DNA from: a virus
IMG/VR virus record: IMGVR_UViG_3300017742_000001
Location: 28,487 to 92,486 of that record
Reading direction: 5' to 3' (one strand)
DNA length: 64,000 bases
Within the stretch, counting starts at the first letter, position 1; each line of letters opens with the position of its first letter. This document shows, one piece after another, positions 47,639 through 57,580 of this stretch. Below the pieces are notes generated by a model. It had not been told where the DNA came from, did not search any database, and saw nothing but the letters and a program-made list of their open reading frames with translations. A program made the position numbers and the translations under genes.

Positions 47639-48410
47639 AACACTAGGACTTGAAGAATCATTAGTAAAAGGTAGCAACAACCGTCTTACGTTAGATGCTA
47701 ACGATACTACTAAGCCGCAAGTTATACGTGGTGTAATCAAAGACCATCATCGAAATAATGCACAAGCGATTGGAAGAGATTATTGGTATATTGATACAGG
47801 TTACTTTGGAAACTTTCCTAGTGCTGGTAACAAGAAAGGCCAAAAGAAGTGGCACCGTGTTGTTAAAAATGAAAATCAACAAGTTGACATTGTAGATGTT
47901 CCATCAGACCGTTGGGAAAGATTAGTTAATGACGATCCAAGACTAGTTTGGAAAGGATGGAAAGATTACGATAAAAAAATACTGTTAGTAATGCCTAATC
48001 CAAAAGCCTGTAAATGGTATAACATCAATTACGATAAATGGGTTACTGATACACAAGAACAAATTGCCAAATACAGCGACTTGCCAGTTGAAGTACGTAT
48101 AAAAGGATCACGCAGAGAACGTAATGCAGGCTATACAATATATGATGCATTTGATAGTGGTGTTTATGCTACTGTTGCAATGAATAGTATGGCTGCACTA
48201 GAATCAGTTCTATACGGTATTCCTGCTTTTGTAAGTGTTCCGTGTGCTGCTAGTCCTTTAGCATCAATGGACTTATCACAACTAGCAAATCCAGTTAAAC
48301 CTAAATTTAAACACATAGAAAGGCATTGTAAGAATCTTGCATACACACAATTTACTATTGAAGAAATACAAAGTGGTATTGCATATAAACTTACTGAACA
48401 ATATCGATGA
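47631..48410 (+). CDS. GT-B glycosyltransferase-like paralog 2
   Basis: YIDTGYFG, WHRVVKN, NSMAALES..YGIP. Confidence 0.55.
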   Translation: MDETLGLEESLVKGSNNRLTLDANDTTKPQVIRGVIKDHHRNNAQAIGRDYWYIDTGYFGNFPSAGNKKGQKKWHRVVKNENQQVDIVDVPSDRWERLVNDDPRLVWKGWKDYDKKILLVMPNPKACKWYNINYDKWVTDTQEQIAKYSDLPVEVRIKGSRRERNAGYTIYDAFDSGVYATVAMNSMAALESVLYGIPAFVSVPCAASPLASMDLSQLANPVKPKFKHIERHCKNLAYTQFTIEEIQSGIAYKLTEQYR

Positions 48411-49522
48411 AACTACTTTTAAATGACAAAGAAATAGCAAACTACTTACTGCACACTATCGGTGTGCCAGCAGGACTGTATAAATTAAGACCAACTGACA
48501 GAAATGCTGCCGAATGTGTACAGGCTTTCCTAAAGCGCAAAAACAAAGTCCGTGAATGGAATATGAATCCAGAAGTTGCAAGAGCAGAGAAGAAAAAGTT
48601 TGCAAATAAACTAAAAAAAGCAGTTGCTAACGATTTAACTGATTATCGTAATGCTGTGAAGCAAGAAAAATTTAATTTACGTAATGCATACTTTAATACT
48701 ATTCATAAAGAGATAGAAACACTAATAGAGCATTTCGGCGAAGACAATATTCTTAAAAAATATAAAAAAAGCGATGTTACAGAGTTTGTAAAAGGCTGCG
48801 GACTTAACTTAGACCCTAAAGGGCAGTTAATGCGTAGACATAAGTTCACTAGTTACACAGAAGATTGTGTAATTAGAAATACTGTTGGTAATGAAGAATT
48901 ATTAGTTAATAAAATAGACAATAATCACCCTATGTGGTTTATTGACAGCGGATATACAAACTTTTTAGAACAAAATAAGAAATGGCATAGACTAGTACGC
49001 AACCATTTACATTACGGAGAGTTTTTTCAAGCACCTGCAGATAGATTAGGCAACTTTAAAACGTTTCCTAAGCCTTGGAGAGAAGACGGCGAGATAATCT
49101 ACGTAATTGAGCCAGGACCATTTGCTGCAAGTGTATTTCATTGCGATTTAAAGACTTGGAAATATGATGTAGCAAGAGAGTTACGTCAGTATACTGACAA
49201 GCGCATTAAATTTAGATCCAAAGCACCTAAAAGACAACGCACAAACTTATATAAAGAACTAGCAGACGATGATTATTGCTGTGTTGTCAGTATTAATAGT
49301 AATGCTGCTACAGAAGCAATTTGGCAAGGTGTACCAGCCATTACATTAGGCGCACACGTAACTAATCCAGTAACTGTAGACAAACTAAGTGACATAAACA
49401 ACCTATATAGGGGTCCATTAGGCGAATGGTTATGTATGTTAAGTTACCAACAGTTTACTAAGGAAGAAATTGTAACAGGAACAGCAGGGAACTTGGTTAA
49501 AAAGTATACGGTCAATGAGTAA
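48407..49522 (+). CDS. GT-B glycosyltransferase-like paralog 3
   Basis: FIDSGY, WHRLVRN, NSNAATEA.WQGVP, L.YQQFT.EE. Confidence 0.55.
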   Translation: MKLLLNDKEIANYLLHTIGVPAGLYKLRPTDRNAAECVQAFLKRKNKVREWNMNPEVARAEKKKFANKLKKAVANDLTDYRNAVKQEKFNLRNAYFNTIHKEIETLIEHFGEDNILKKYKKSDVTEFVKGCGLNLDPKGQLMRRHKFTSYTEDCVIRNTVGNEELLVNKIDNNHPMWFIDSGYTNFLEQNKKWHRLVRNHLHYGEFFQAPADRLGNFKTFPKPWREDGEIIYVIEPGPFAASVFHCDLKTWKYDVARELRQYTDKRIKFRSKAPKRQRTNLYKELADDDYCCVVSINSNAATEAIWQGVPAITLGAHVTNPVTVDKLSDINNLYRGPLGEWLCMLSYQQFTKEEIVTGTAGNLVKKYTVNE

Positions 49523-50438
49523 GAGAACAGCAGTAGCATATTTTGCTGGCATTCCGCCACAAAATAACAATCCAGAGAAACCATTAATACTAAAAAACTT
49601 TATCGAAGGTGTAAATGCCGCTGGAGACACTGGTATTTCACATCAAGGCTTTAATGTTCTTGAGTGTGACGTTGCATTTATACAAGGTTTTGTACACGAA
49701 CACGGAAAAACATCGCCGCATTTACTATTACGCAGAAACGCAGTAGAAAAACAAAAACAAGTGGGCAAACGGTCACTAATTGTTGATAGTAACTTGTTTT
49801 TATATGCAGATCAAGGTAATACAAAAACATATCTGCGTTACAGTTTCGATGGAGTCTTTCCTACTACAGGATTTTACTTTGATAAGGATATTGATCCTGC
49901 AAGATGGAAAAAAATTAGTGCAGAACTTAATTTACCACTTAAAAATTACAGAAAAGATGGCAAACATATCTTAGTTTGCTTACAACGTAACGGTGGATGG
50001 TCAATGAAAGGCATTCCTGTAATGCAATGGCTAACTGATACTATTAGAGAAATTAAAAAACACACTGACAGACCAATTGTAGTAAGAGCGCACCCAGGTG
50101 ATAAAAAAGCAAGAAGATATTTGCATATTAATGAGCCAAATGTGTTTGTATCCTGGGCACCAAACATACGAAATGACTTACTTAATGCTTGGGCAACTGT
50201 AGTTTACAATAGTTCCCCTAGTGTAGCAAGTTTAATTGAAGGAGTACCTGTATTTGTTACAGATACTGACCCAAGTGTAAGCCAAGTTAATGGAGTTTGC
50301 AATACAAACTTAAAAAGACTAGAAGATCCAAAAATGTATGACAGACAAGAGTGGATAGAAAGACTATCAATGTGTCATTGGAACTTTAACGAACTAAAAA
50401 GTGGTGAAGCCTGGTCTTTTTTTAGGAGATACATATGA
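49515..50438 (+). CDS. GT-B glycosyltransferase-like paralog 4 (retains HP motif)
   Basis: LVCLQ, TDRPIVVRAHPG, VYNSSP.V..LIEGVPV. Confidence 0.6.
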   Translation: MSKRTAVAYFAGIPPQNNNPEKPLILKNFIEGVNAAGDTGISHQGFNVLECDVAFIQGFVHEHGKTSPHLLLRRNAVEKQKQVGKRSLIVDSNLFLYADQGNTKTYLRYSFDGVFPTTGFYFDKDIDPARWKKISAELNLPLKNYRKDGKHILVCLQRNGGWSMKGIPVMQWLTDTIREIKKHTDRPIVVRAHPGDKKARRYLHINEPNVFVSWAPNIRNDLLNAWATVVYNSSPSVASLIEGVPVFVTDTDPSVSQVNGVCNTNLKRLEDPKMYDRQEWIERLSMCHWNFNELKSGEAWSFFRRYI

Positions 50439-51187
50439 GAAAACTAGCCAATGGATGGCACGTACCTGAAGGTGATACAAAAATGACAAGACATATCGAA
50501 ACAGATAAGTCACCGTCACTTGCAGAGTATGAGCAAAAGCAAAGAAAAACAATTTTAGAACATATTCCGCAAAAAAATACTTTTGTTGACGTAGGTGCTA
50601 ACGTTGGTGTATGGAGTATGACACTACAACAACATTTTAAGCACGTTGTAAGTTATGAGCCAAGCAAACGTAATGTAGAATGCCTCGAGAATAATGTTCA
50701 AGGCAAGACAGAAATTAGAAATACTGCACTTTCCGACTTCAATGGCGAATCACAGTTTCACGATGAAATTAAAAATTGCGGAAACAGTAAATTATGGGCA
50801 GAATCATCACAGACCGGGTTATACAAAGTACCCGTAAGAAAATTAGACGATGAAAATATTGAAAATATTTCACTAATTAAAATGGATGTTCAAGGATATG
50901 AATGGCAAGTTATACAAGGCGCACAAAATGTTATAGAGACACAACAACCTTGGATAGCATTTGAAGTAAGTGCTGATGTAGACGTAATTTGCAAGTTTTT
51001 AGAAGATAGAAATTACGATATGATTGATAATAAGAGTAAACGTATTCTTATCTATGCACCGAAATCAGGAATCAATGCACCTACACAAAATGCATTTGGT
51101 AGACGTATGGGTCCTGGACCTTATGTGTTACTATTACCTGAAGATAAACAACAAATTGCAGCAGCACGCCACGGAAATTTATCGTAA
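50435..51187 (+). CDS. FkbM-family methyltransferase
   Basis: VDVGANVG, YEP...N.ECL, IKMDVQGYE..V..GA. Confidence 0.85.
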   Translation: MRKLANGWHVPEGDTKMTRHIETDKSPSLAEYEQKQRKTILEHIPQKNTFVDVGANVGVWSMTLQQHFKHVVSYEPSKRNVECLENNVQGKTEIRNTALSDFNGESQFHDEIKNCGNSKLWAESSQTGLYKVPVRKLDDENIENISLIKMDVQGYEWQVIQGAQNVIETQQPWIAFEVSADVDVICKFLEDRNYDMIDNKSKRILIYAPKSGINAPTQNAFGRRMGPGPYVLLLPEDKQQIAAARHGNLS

Positions 51188-52024
51188 TTGATTTTGCCAG
51201 TAAGGCTCAGTACGCATAATTTTTAAATCATCACGCTTACTATGTCCTAATTTTTTTCTACCACCTTTAAGATGATCTAAGTATGCACCCCATTCACAAT
51301 TAATTAATGGATGCCCTTCCCCTGTACTCATTCCAGGTCTTGGCCTAAGATCTCCAAGGTTAGATGACCAACTGTGTGACGGCATTTTTGGAAACTTCCT
51401 TCTAACTTCATCAAATACAAAACTATCGTGCCATTCTGCCATTGTAAAGATTCCGTTTTCTGCTTCATCGTATACACGCTGGAATTCACCAAGGAATCTT
51501 TTAATACTTTTTGTACCTAACTTCATTGCATACAGTCCACATTCACTATATTTGCCTCTACGCCCTAAGTAAAACAATTCAGACGGTGCCGGAAGCAATC
51601 GTTGTATATCAGCGTGAGTAATTTTTGAGTGACAAATTGTATCAGCATCCATCCACATCAAATATTCTGTATTGCATTCTTTAGCACAAGCAAAGATACT
51701 ATAAACTTTGTGTGCAAAGCGAACAGCGTGCCATTTAAAACCTTTGCCACTGTCTCTTCTTCTAGATCTAATTGGATCAGCAGATACATCGCCATTTGCT
51801 TTGGGTACATTTTTCCATTTATCTTTAAATGCAACAAGTTCAGGACTTGCTTGATGTAAATCTTTAACAATTAAATTATCTGCTGTTTCTTCTACTATGC
51901 AATCTTCAGCATATACATATAAATTAATATCTGCAGGCCAGTTTTCTAAGAAAGTCTTAATCATTCTTTTGCCGTATGTATCGTAACCTGCTTTGTGAAA
52001 TGTTGTAACTATACTGATATTCAT
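51179..52024 (-). CDS. GT-A nucleotide-diphospho-sugar transferase-like
   Basis: VTTF, RFAHK, WMDAD (DxD), E.G, WHDS.VFD, DHLKG; paralog of 57577..58278. Confidence 0.65.
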   Translation of the reverse strand: MNISIVTTFHKAGYDTYGKRMIKTFLENWPADINLYVYAEDCIVEETADNLIVKDLHQASPELVAFKDKWKNVPKANGDVSADPIRSRRRDSGKGFKWHAVRFAHKVYSIFACAKECNTEYLMWMDADTICHSKITHADIQRLLPAPSELFYLGRRGKYSECGLYAMKLGTKSIKRFLGEFQRVYDEAENGIFTMAEWHDSFVFDEVRRKFPKMPSHSWSSNLGDLRPRPGMSTGEGHPLINCEWGAYLDHLKGGRKKLGHSKRDDLKIMRTEPYWQNQLR

Positions 52025-52422
52025 TTAATTTTGTCCCATATATGATATTTGTCGCCTTGTACTAAACAATTATAATTAGCCGCATAAAGTGCAACACTTC
52101 TGTCTCTTCCAATAACTTCTTTACCTTCGACTATAACTTCAGGACCTGGATTATGGTATAACGGTGATATTAAATCCAACGCCTTAATGTGTTCAAGGTC
52201 AACAAATACTGCCGACACTGATGACAACGCATACAAAGTTTTCATTTCTCTTCTATATACTACTTTTTTGTCTTTAACATACATTCCTGTTCTACTGTGT
52301 ATAAAAACAGTATCAAACATTTCGATAATAGAAGGTAATAAGTTCATTCCTGAGCCTATTACAATTGCATCTTTAGGAGTATGCAGTAAAGTTTTTTGTA
52401 ATCTTTTGGTATGTTTTTTCAT
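52021..52422 (-). CDS. Hypothetical protein
   Basis: Coupled to the downstream GT; minus-strand TAAATA at 52442-52447. Confidence 0.5.
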   Translation of the reverse strand: MKKHTKRLQKTLLHTPKDAIVIGSGMNLLPSIIEMFDTVFIHSRTGMYVKDKKVVYRREMKTLYALSSVSAVFVDLEHIKALDLISPLYHNPGPEVIVEGKEVIGRDRSVALYAANYNCLVQGDKYHIWDKIK

Positions 52423-52501
52423 TGGCTAATTTACTTTAATATATTTAAGTAATTTGTCCATTCTGCACAAAATTATTGGCTACTGTACTTAAATACTACT
52501 G

Positions 52502-53362
52502 ATGCGTTTTAAGTTATATAGACAACACGGTGCGTTAAACAGTCCTAGTATTTTTGATGCATTTCAGACAGGACTAATAGCACAAGGACACAAAGTCGTA
52601 AATGACAACGAAGATGTTGCTGTCATTTGGTCAGTATTGTGGAACGGCCGTATGTCTGCTAACCAACAAATTTATGAAAAATGTCGGAAAGATAACAAGC
52701 CTATAATTATTATTGAAGTAGGCAACTTAAAAAGAAATACAACTTGGCGCATATGTCTTAATCATATTAATGGATTAGGAGAGTTTGGTAGTGACGCCGA
52801 CTTAGATGTAAACAGACCTAAAAAATTAGGTTTACAAATGTCGCCACCTAATACAAATAGACGTAACGAAATCCTTATTGCAACACAACATCATAAAAGT
52901 TTGCAATGGCAAGGAATGCCGTCAATGGCTGAATGGACATTACAAACTATAGAAAAAATTAAAAAATATACAGATCGTCCTATTGTTATTAGGCCGCATC
53001 CAAGGTCACCTATGTCTGGCATCGAACACGAATTTACAAATGTAAAAAGACAACAACCTGTAAAATTATCTGGAACATACGACAACTTTGATATCGATTA
53101 TAACTATCACGCTGTTGTTAATCATAATAGTGGACCTCCTATACTTGCTGCTATTGCAGGCACTCCAGTAATTACAGGCGACAGCAGTCTTGCATATCCT
53201 GTTAGTGATACTATAGAAAACATTGACAATCCTAAACTTCCTGATGATAGACTTTTATGGTTTACAAAACTTACGCATTGTGAATGGACTGTTGACGAAA
53301 TAAAACAAGGCACTCCGATAAAAAGATTAGAAAAGTTTATAAAAATGCAAGTAAGTTATTGA
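52502..53362 (+). CDS. GT-B glycosyltransferase-like paralog 5 (retains HP motif)
   Basis: ILIATQ, TDRPIVIRPHP, VNHNSGP...A.I.G.PV, EWT.DEI..G; TAAATA at 52490-52495. Confidence 0.6.
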   Translation: MRFKLYRQHGALNSPSIFDAFQTGLIAQGHKVVNDNEDVAVIWSVLWNGRMSANQQIYEKCRKDNKPIIIIEVGNLKRNTTWRICLNHINGLGEFGSDADLDVNRPKKLGLQMSPPNTNRRNEILIATQHHKSLQWQGMPSMAEWTLQTIEKIKKYTDRPIVIRPHPRSPMSGIEHEFTNVKRQQPVKLSGTYDNFDIDYNYHAVVNHNSGPPILAAIAGTPVITGDSSLAYPVSDTIENIDNPKLPDDRLLWFTKLTHCEWTVDEIKQGTPIKRLEKFIKMQVSY

Positions 53363-53387
53363 CTTCTTAAGTTATAGACTTTATAAT
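53359..53387 (+). promoter_or_regulatory. Sigma70-type promoter; ATG only 6 nt downstream
   Basis: TTGACT-N17-TATAAT-AAACTT-ATG. Confidence 0.7.
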
Positions 53388-53393
53388 AAACTT

Positions 53394-54569
53394 ATGACAC
53401 ATTTAACTTACATAGAAGATCTATTCCTCAAGGTTATGGACATTATGGACCAGAACCTATTAGGTATGCAACATCACGATCAGTCTGCTGCTAGAAGTTT
53501 TTATAACAGTATTAGTGCAGGAAAAGATTTAACTGAAAAACAAGGTGCATATATTTTAAAGATTATTTACAAATATAGAAATAGTGTAAGGCCGTTTATC
53601 GAGGTTGAACCTTATCTAGATCATCCTCTGTGGAGTAAACCCTTTAGAGTTGTTGACCTAGCAAAAGAAGTGTGGGTAGAACAAGATACTATCAAGACAC
53701 CATTGATATGTCTTAAATTTCCATACAGTCTAAAAGATGACTTTGAAAATGTGTTCAGACCAAAGATTGAAAAAGGTCATTACTGGAACGCTGATAGACG
53801 TATTAGACAAATTAATCTTTACAAAGCAAATGTTGTAGAGATAGAAGAATGGTGTGTGAATAACGAATTTACTATTGACGATACATTTACAAGTTGCGTT
53901 GACCAAATAGAAGAAATATGGCAAGAGCGTTCTACATACGAACCACATAGTATTGTAGACGAAGGCGAAGTACAACTTGTAAATTGTAGCGAAGATACAG
54001 AAACATACTTTCTTAAAAAGTCAAATGGTAATATTGTTAATGATATGTTCCTTGCAAAAAGTATGGGATATCCGCTTCTTAATCCTGATAGATCTCTTGC
54101 ACAACAAATAAGCAGTAACCGAGATAACACGTTTTGGATAAAAAATGTAGATGAGTTTTTAGAGTTAGGATATCAAGTAAACGGTCAAATTGTTATACTA
54201 TTAGATAGAGCAGCAGATGCATTAGACTATATGAAAGAGTTAAAAAACACAATAGATTACTACAAATATAACACAAATGACTTTAGAGTTTGCTTTAGAA
54301 CCAATAACAAAGACAATCCAGAATTTAATGTTTGGGTACGTGATAACAAGTTTGGAGGAAAAATAGATGGTGCAAAGTTTCTAATCTTCCAACATAAGCC
54401 ACCTAAGTGGTTGTTCAAACAGAAGAATGATGTTATAATAGTGGCTACTAATAACTTAATGCCTTCTACGTATGGCTTGACTAGAGATATGTTAGAGTCA
54501 AGTCCTATTGTATTTTACGTAGGAGAAATTGAACCAAGTAAAGGACGAAAGAAGATTGTCGAACTGTAA
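53394..54569 (+). CDS. Hypothetical protein
   Basis: 391-aa ORF upstream of the helicase. Confidence 0.6.
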   Translation: MTHLTYIEDLFLKVMDIMDQNLLGMQHHDQSAARSFYNSISAGKDLTEKQGAYILKIIYKYRNSVRPFIEVEPYLDHPLWSKPFRVVDLAKEVWVEQDTIKTPLICLKFPYSLKDDFENVFRPKIEKGHYWNADRRIRQINLYKANVVEIEEWCVNNEFTIDDTFTSCVDQIEEIWQERSTYEPHSIVDEGEVQLVNCSEDTETYFLKKSNGNIVNDMFLAKSMGYPLLNPDRSLAQQISSNRDNTFWIKNVDEFLELGYQVNGQIVILLDRAADALDYMKELKNTIDYYKYNTNDFRVCFRTNNKDNPEFNVWVRDNKFGGKIDGAKFLIFQHKPPKWLFKQKNDVIIVATNNLMPSTYGLTRDMLESSPIVFYVGEIEPSKGRKKIVEL

Positions 54570-56013
54570 GTTAATTATTAAAGATGAAGTAAACGTAAAG
54601 TTTGAAGGACTTGCCGTTGAAACACGAAGAAAAATTGTAAACAAACTAAAGTTTGATTTGCCGTATGCTCGTCATATGCCTGCATTTAAACTAGGTAGAT
54701 GGGACGGCACTGTAAGTTTCTTTGGTATTGGCGGTAACGGATATCTTGCACACTTAGACGTTGCACTGCCAATTGTTGAGAATGACGGATATGATATTGA
54801 AGTAGTTGATCAACGTGTTGCACCTAATCTTGAGTTTGATAAAATTACAGAAAACTACTGGGCTGATCAAGGAAAGACTTGGCCTAAAGGACATCCTGAA
54901 GAAGGCACGCCTATTGTGCTACGTGACTATCAGTATGATGTAGTAAACAAGTTTTTAGAAAATCCACAGGCACTACAAGAAGTTGCAACAGGCGCAGGTA
55001 AAACAATCACCACAGCAACACTAAGTCATTTATGTGAACCATACGGTCGTACAATGATTATTGTTCCTAACAAAAGTCTTGTTGTACAAACTGAAGAAGA
55101 CTATGTTAACTTAGGTTTAGATGTTGGTGTATACTTTGGTGATAGAAAAGAATTAAACAGAACACACACTATTTGTACGTGGCAAAGTTTAAACGTACTA
55201 GATAAGAAAAGTAAAGACTACGAAGCAGTACTAACACTTGCAGAATTTATTGAAGGTGTAAGTGCAATTATAATTGACGAAGTGCATCAAGCAAAAGCAG
55301 ATGTACTTAAAAAATTACTTACAGTAAACTTCCGTAATGCTCCTATACGTTGGGGACTTACAGGCACAGTGCCTAAAGAAAAGTGGGAGTTTCAAGGCAT
55401 ACTTGCAGGTATTGGTCCTGTAATTAATAACGTATCAGCGCACGACTTGCAAGAAAGAGGCGTGTTAGCAAACCTCGATATACAAATTTTACAAAGTAAA
55501 GATATCGAAACCTTTAGAAACTATGCCGAAGAATATACTTGGCTAGTAACTGATAACAACCGTTTAGATTGGATTAGTGATCATATCAATAAGATTATCA
55601 AAGACGGAAATACACTTATACTTGTTAATAGAATTGACACTGGTAAAAAACTACTAGAGAGATTACCTGATGCTACATTTATCAGAGGAGATGTAAAACT
55701 TGATGATAGAAAAGAGCAATATGATGAAATTAAAACAAGCGATGGTAAAATTATTATCGCTACTTACGGCGTTGCCGCAGTGGGTATTAATATTCCTCGT
55801 ATTTTTAACCTTGTTCTTATTGAGCCTGGTAAGTCTTTCATACGTGTTATTCAGTCAATTGGCAGAGGCATACGAAAAGCAGAGGACAAGGATTTTGTCC
55901 AGATTTGGGATATGACTTCAAGTTGTAAGTACGCAAAGAGACACCTAACAGAAAGAAAAAGATTCTACCGTGAAGCAAAGTATCCTCACAGCGTCACGAA
56001 AGTAGATATTTAA
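54556..56013 (+). CDS. uvsW: SF2 DNA helicase (UvsW-like)
   Basis: LRDYQ, ATGAGKT, IIDEVH, GLTGT, QSIGRGIR; probable TTG start at 54556. Confidence 0.85.
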   Translation: MSNCKLIIKDEVNVKFEGLAVETRRKIVNKLKFDLPYARHMPAFKLGRWDGTVSFFGIGGNGYLAHLDVALPIVENDGYDIEVVDQRVAPNLEFDKITENYWADQGKTWPKGHPEEGTPIVLRDYQYDVVNKFLENPQALQEVATGAGKTITTATLSHLCEPYGRTMIIVPNKSLVVQTEEDYVNLGLDVGVYFGDRKELNRTHTICTWQSLNVLDKKSKDYEAVLTLAEFIEGVSAIIIDEVHQAKADVLKKLLTVNFRNAPIRWGLTGTVPKEKWEFQGILAGIGPVINNVSAHDLQERGVLANLDIQILQSKDIETFRNYAEEYTWLVTDNNRLDWISDHINKIIKDGNTLILVNRIDTGKKLLERLPDATFIRGDVKLDDRKEQYDEIKTSDGKIIIATYGVAAVGINIPRIFNLVLIEPGKSFIRVIQSIGRGIRKAEDKDFVQIWDMTSSCKYAKRHLTERKRFYREAKYPHSVTKVDI

Positions 56014-56022
56014 GGAGAATAA

Positions 56023-56529
56023 ATGAGAATATTAACACTCGAGAATAAGGCGTTTGATCTAAACGAACTGCCTGAAGAAGTAGAAGAAGATGCTAGATTC
56101 AGTGTGCTAGATAATAGTACACCTGCTGAGCCCGACTTTTTCTTTATGCCTCTTATATTTTTAGAAAGTTTTAACAGTCCTGCTATATGTTTAAACATTG
56201 GCGGATATGATATACAGATGCCGTTAGACTGGTGTATGCTTGTAGGAGATAGCGAATGTGGTGCTGATCCTGAAGTTATGCCATTAACAAGCATCAATGA
56301 AAGAGGGTTTGAAGCAATGGTTTACAACCCAATTAAAGGATATAGAATAGACTTCCAACCAGTAGAAATTACTAACATATACCAAGATGTACGCTGGTTC
56401 TTCCCCAAAATGAAAAACGGACAATTACTTACAGTGCCGTTACACAATGGCCATAATCCTCCGTGTGCATATTTTGTAAAAGAAATTAGTCGTCAATCAG
56501 AAATGGTTGATATAATGCAACTTTTATAA
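56023..56529 (+). CDS. Hypothetical protein
   Basis: AAGGAG RBS; 168-aa ORF. Confidence 0.6.
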   Translation: MRILTLENKAFDLNELPEEVEEDARFSVLDNSTPAEPDFFFMPLIFLESFNSPAICLNIGGYDIQMPLDWCMLVGDSECGADPEVMPLTSINERGFEAMVYNPIKGYRIDFQPVEITNIYQDVRWFFPKMKNGQLLTVPLHNGHNPPCAYFVKEISRQSEMVDIMQLL

Positions 56530-56567
56530 TAATTACTAATAATAGAACAACAGGTAAGGAAGGACTA

Positions 56568-56927
56568 ATGACTATGAAAGCAGGAAAGATTTGGGGTCAG
56601 ACAGAATTGATCCACGCAAACGGTGTGCTAGAATTTCATCGTATCGAATACAAAAAAGGTTTCAAATGTTCGGAACACGAACATCAATATAAGTGGAATG
56701 GCTTTTTTGTAGAGTCGGGTAAGATGATTGTCCGTGTGTGGCAAGACGCTGATCAAGCAGGTCTTGTTGATGAAACTATCTTAGGGCCAGGCGAGTTTAC
56801 ACAAGTTAAGCCAGGCAAGATACATCAATTTGAAGGTGTTGAAGATGGTGTTGCATTTGAATTGTATTGGGCAGAGTTCAATCACGATGATATTGTAAGA
56901 CGTACAGTTGGCACAAAAATCAAATGA
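56568..56927 (+). CDS. Cupin (sugar isomerase/epimerase-like)
   Basis: K.WG.E, CS.H.H..K.N.F.V.SG, PG.IHQF, E.Y. Confidence 0.75.
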   Translation: MTMKAGKIWGQTELIHANGVLEFHRIEYKKGFKCSEHEHQYKWNGFFVESGKMIVRVWQDADQAGLVDETILGPGEFTQVKPGKIHQFEGVEDGVAFELYWAEFNHDDIVRRTVGTKIK

Positions 56928-57580
56928 CCAATCCGACCATTGAAGGATTACAGAAGTTAAAACAGTACATTCCGCAAGATAATATTAAGTGTCTTGACGT
57001 TGGTGCTAATATCGGACAATGGGTCAATGCAATTAGAGAAGTATATTCCGCACCTGATATTTTTAGTATCGAAGTAAATCCTCACTGCGAAGGTCGCCTT
57101 GCTAGTAAGCAAGTAAAATATAAAATTATAGGACTATCTGATAAAGTTGGGCAGATGGAACTAAAAACATTTGCAACGAAACCTAGATCGAAAGGTGCAA
57201 GTTTTTATACACAATCTGATTGGCGTGACAAGGAAATTATGAAATTTGAAGTTCCAGTGTCAACACTAGATGTATTGTTTCCAGAACAAACATTTGATAT
57301 ACTTAAGATTGATGTACAAGGTGCAGAGCTAGATGTTATTAATGGCGGCATTGAATTCTTAAAAAGACATCAGTATGTCCTTGCTGAAGTTGCTCTAACA
57401 GATTATAATAGCGGTGCACCGCAAGCAAGTGTTGTAGTTGCTAGACTTCAAGAACTTGGTTTCTACGTTGTAGATTGTTTAGAAGAACATTTGTACGGCG
57501 ATAAAATTATACAGATTGATTTGCTTTTTAGTTCTAAAGAAACAAAACACAATAAGAAAGTTTTAGGAAAATATGTATGA
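56924..57580 (+). CDS. FkbM-family methyltransferase
   Basis: LDVGANIGQW, LKIDVQGAEL.V..GG, QIDLLF. Confidence 0.85.
   Translation: MTNPTIEGLQKLKQYIPQDNIKCLDVGANIGQWVNAIREVYSAPDIFSIEVNPHCEGRLASKQVKYKIIGLSDKVGQMELKTFATKPRSKGASFYTQSDWRDKEIMKFEVPVSTLDVLFPEQTFDILKIDVQGAELDVINGGIEFLKRHQYVLAEVALTDYNSGAPQASVVVARLQELGFYVVDCLEEHLYGDKIIQIDLLFSSKETKHNKKVLGKYV

Noticed and set aside
37178-56013. Inteins in terminase, UvsX or UvsW
   Set aside because: Lengths are normal and there are no C...HN-[CST] splice junctions.
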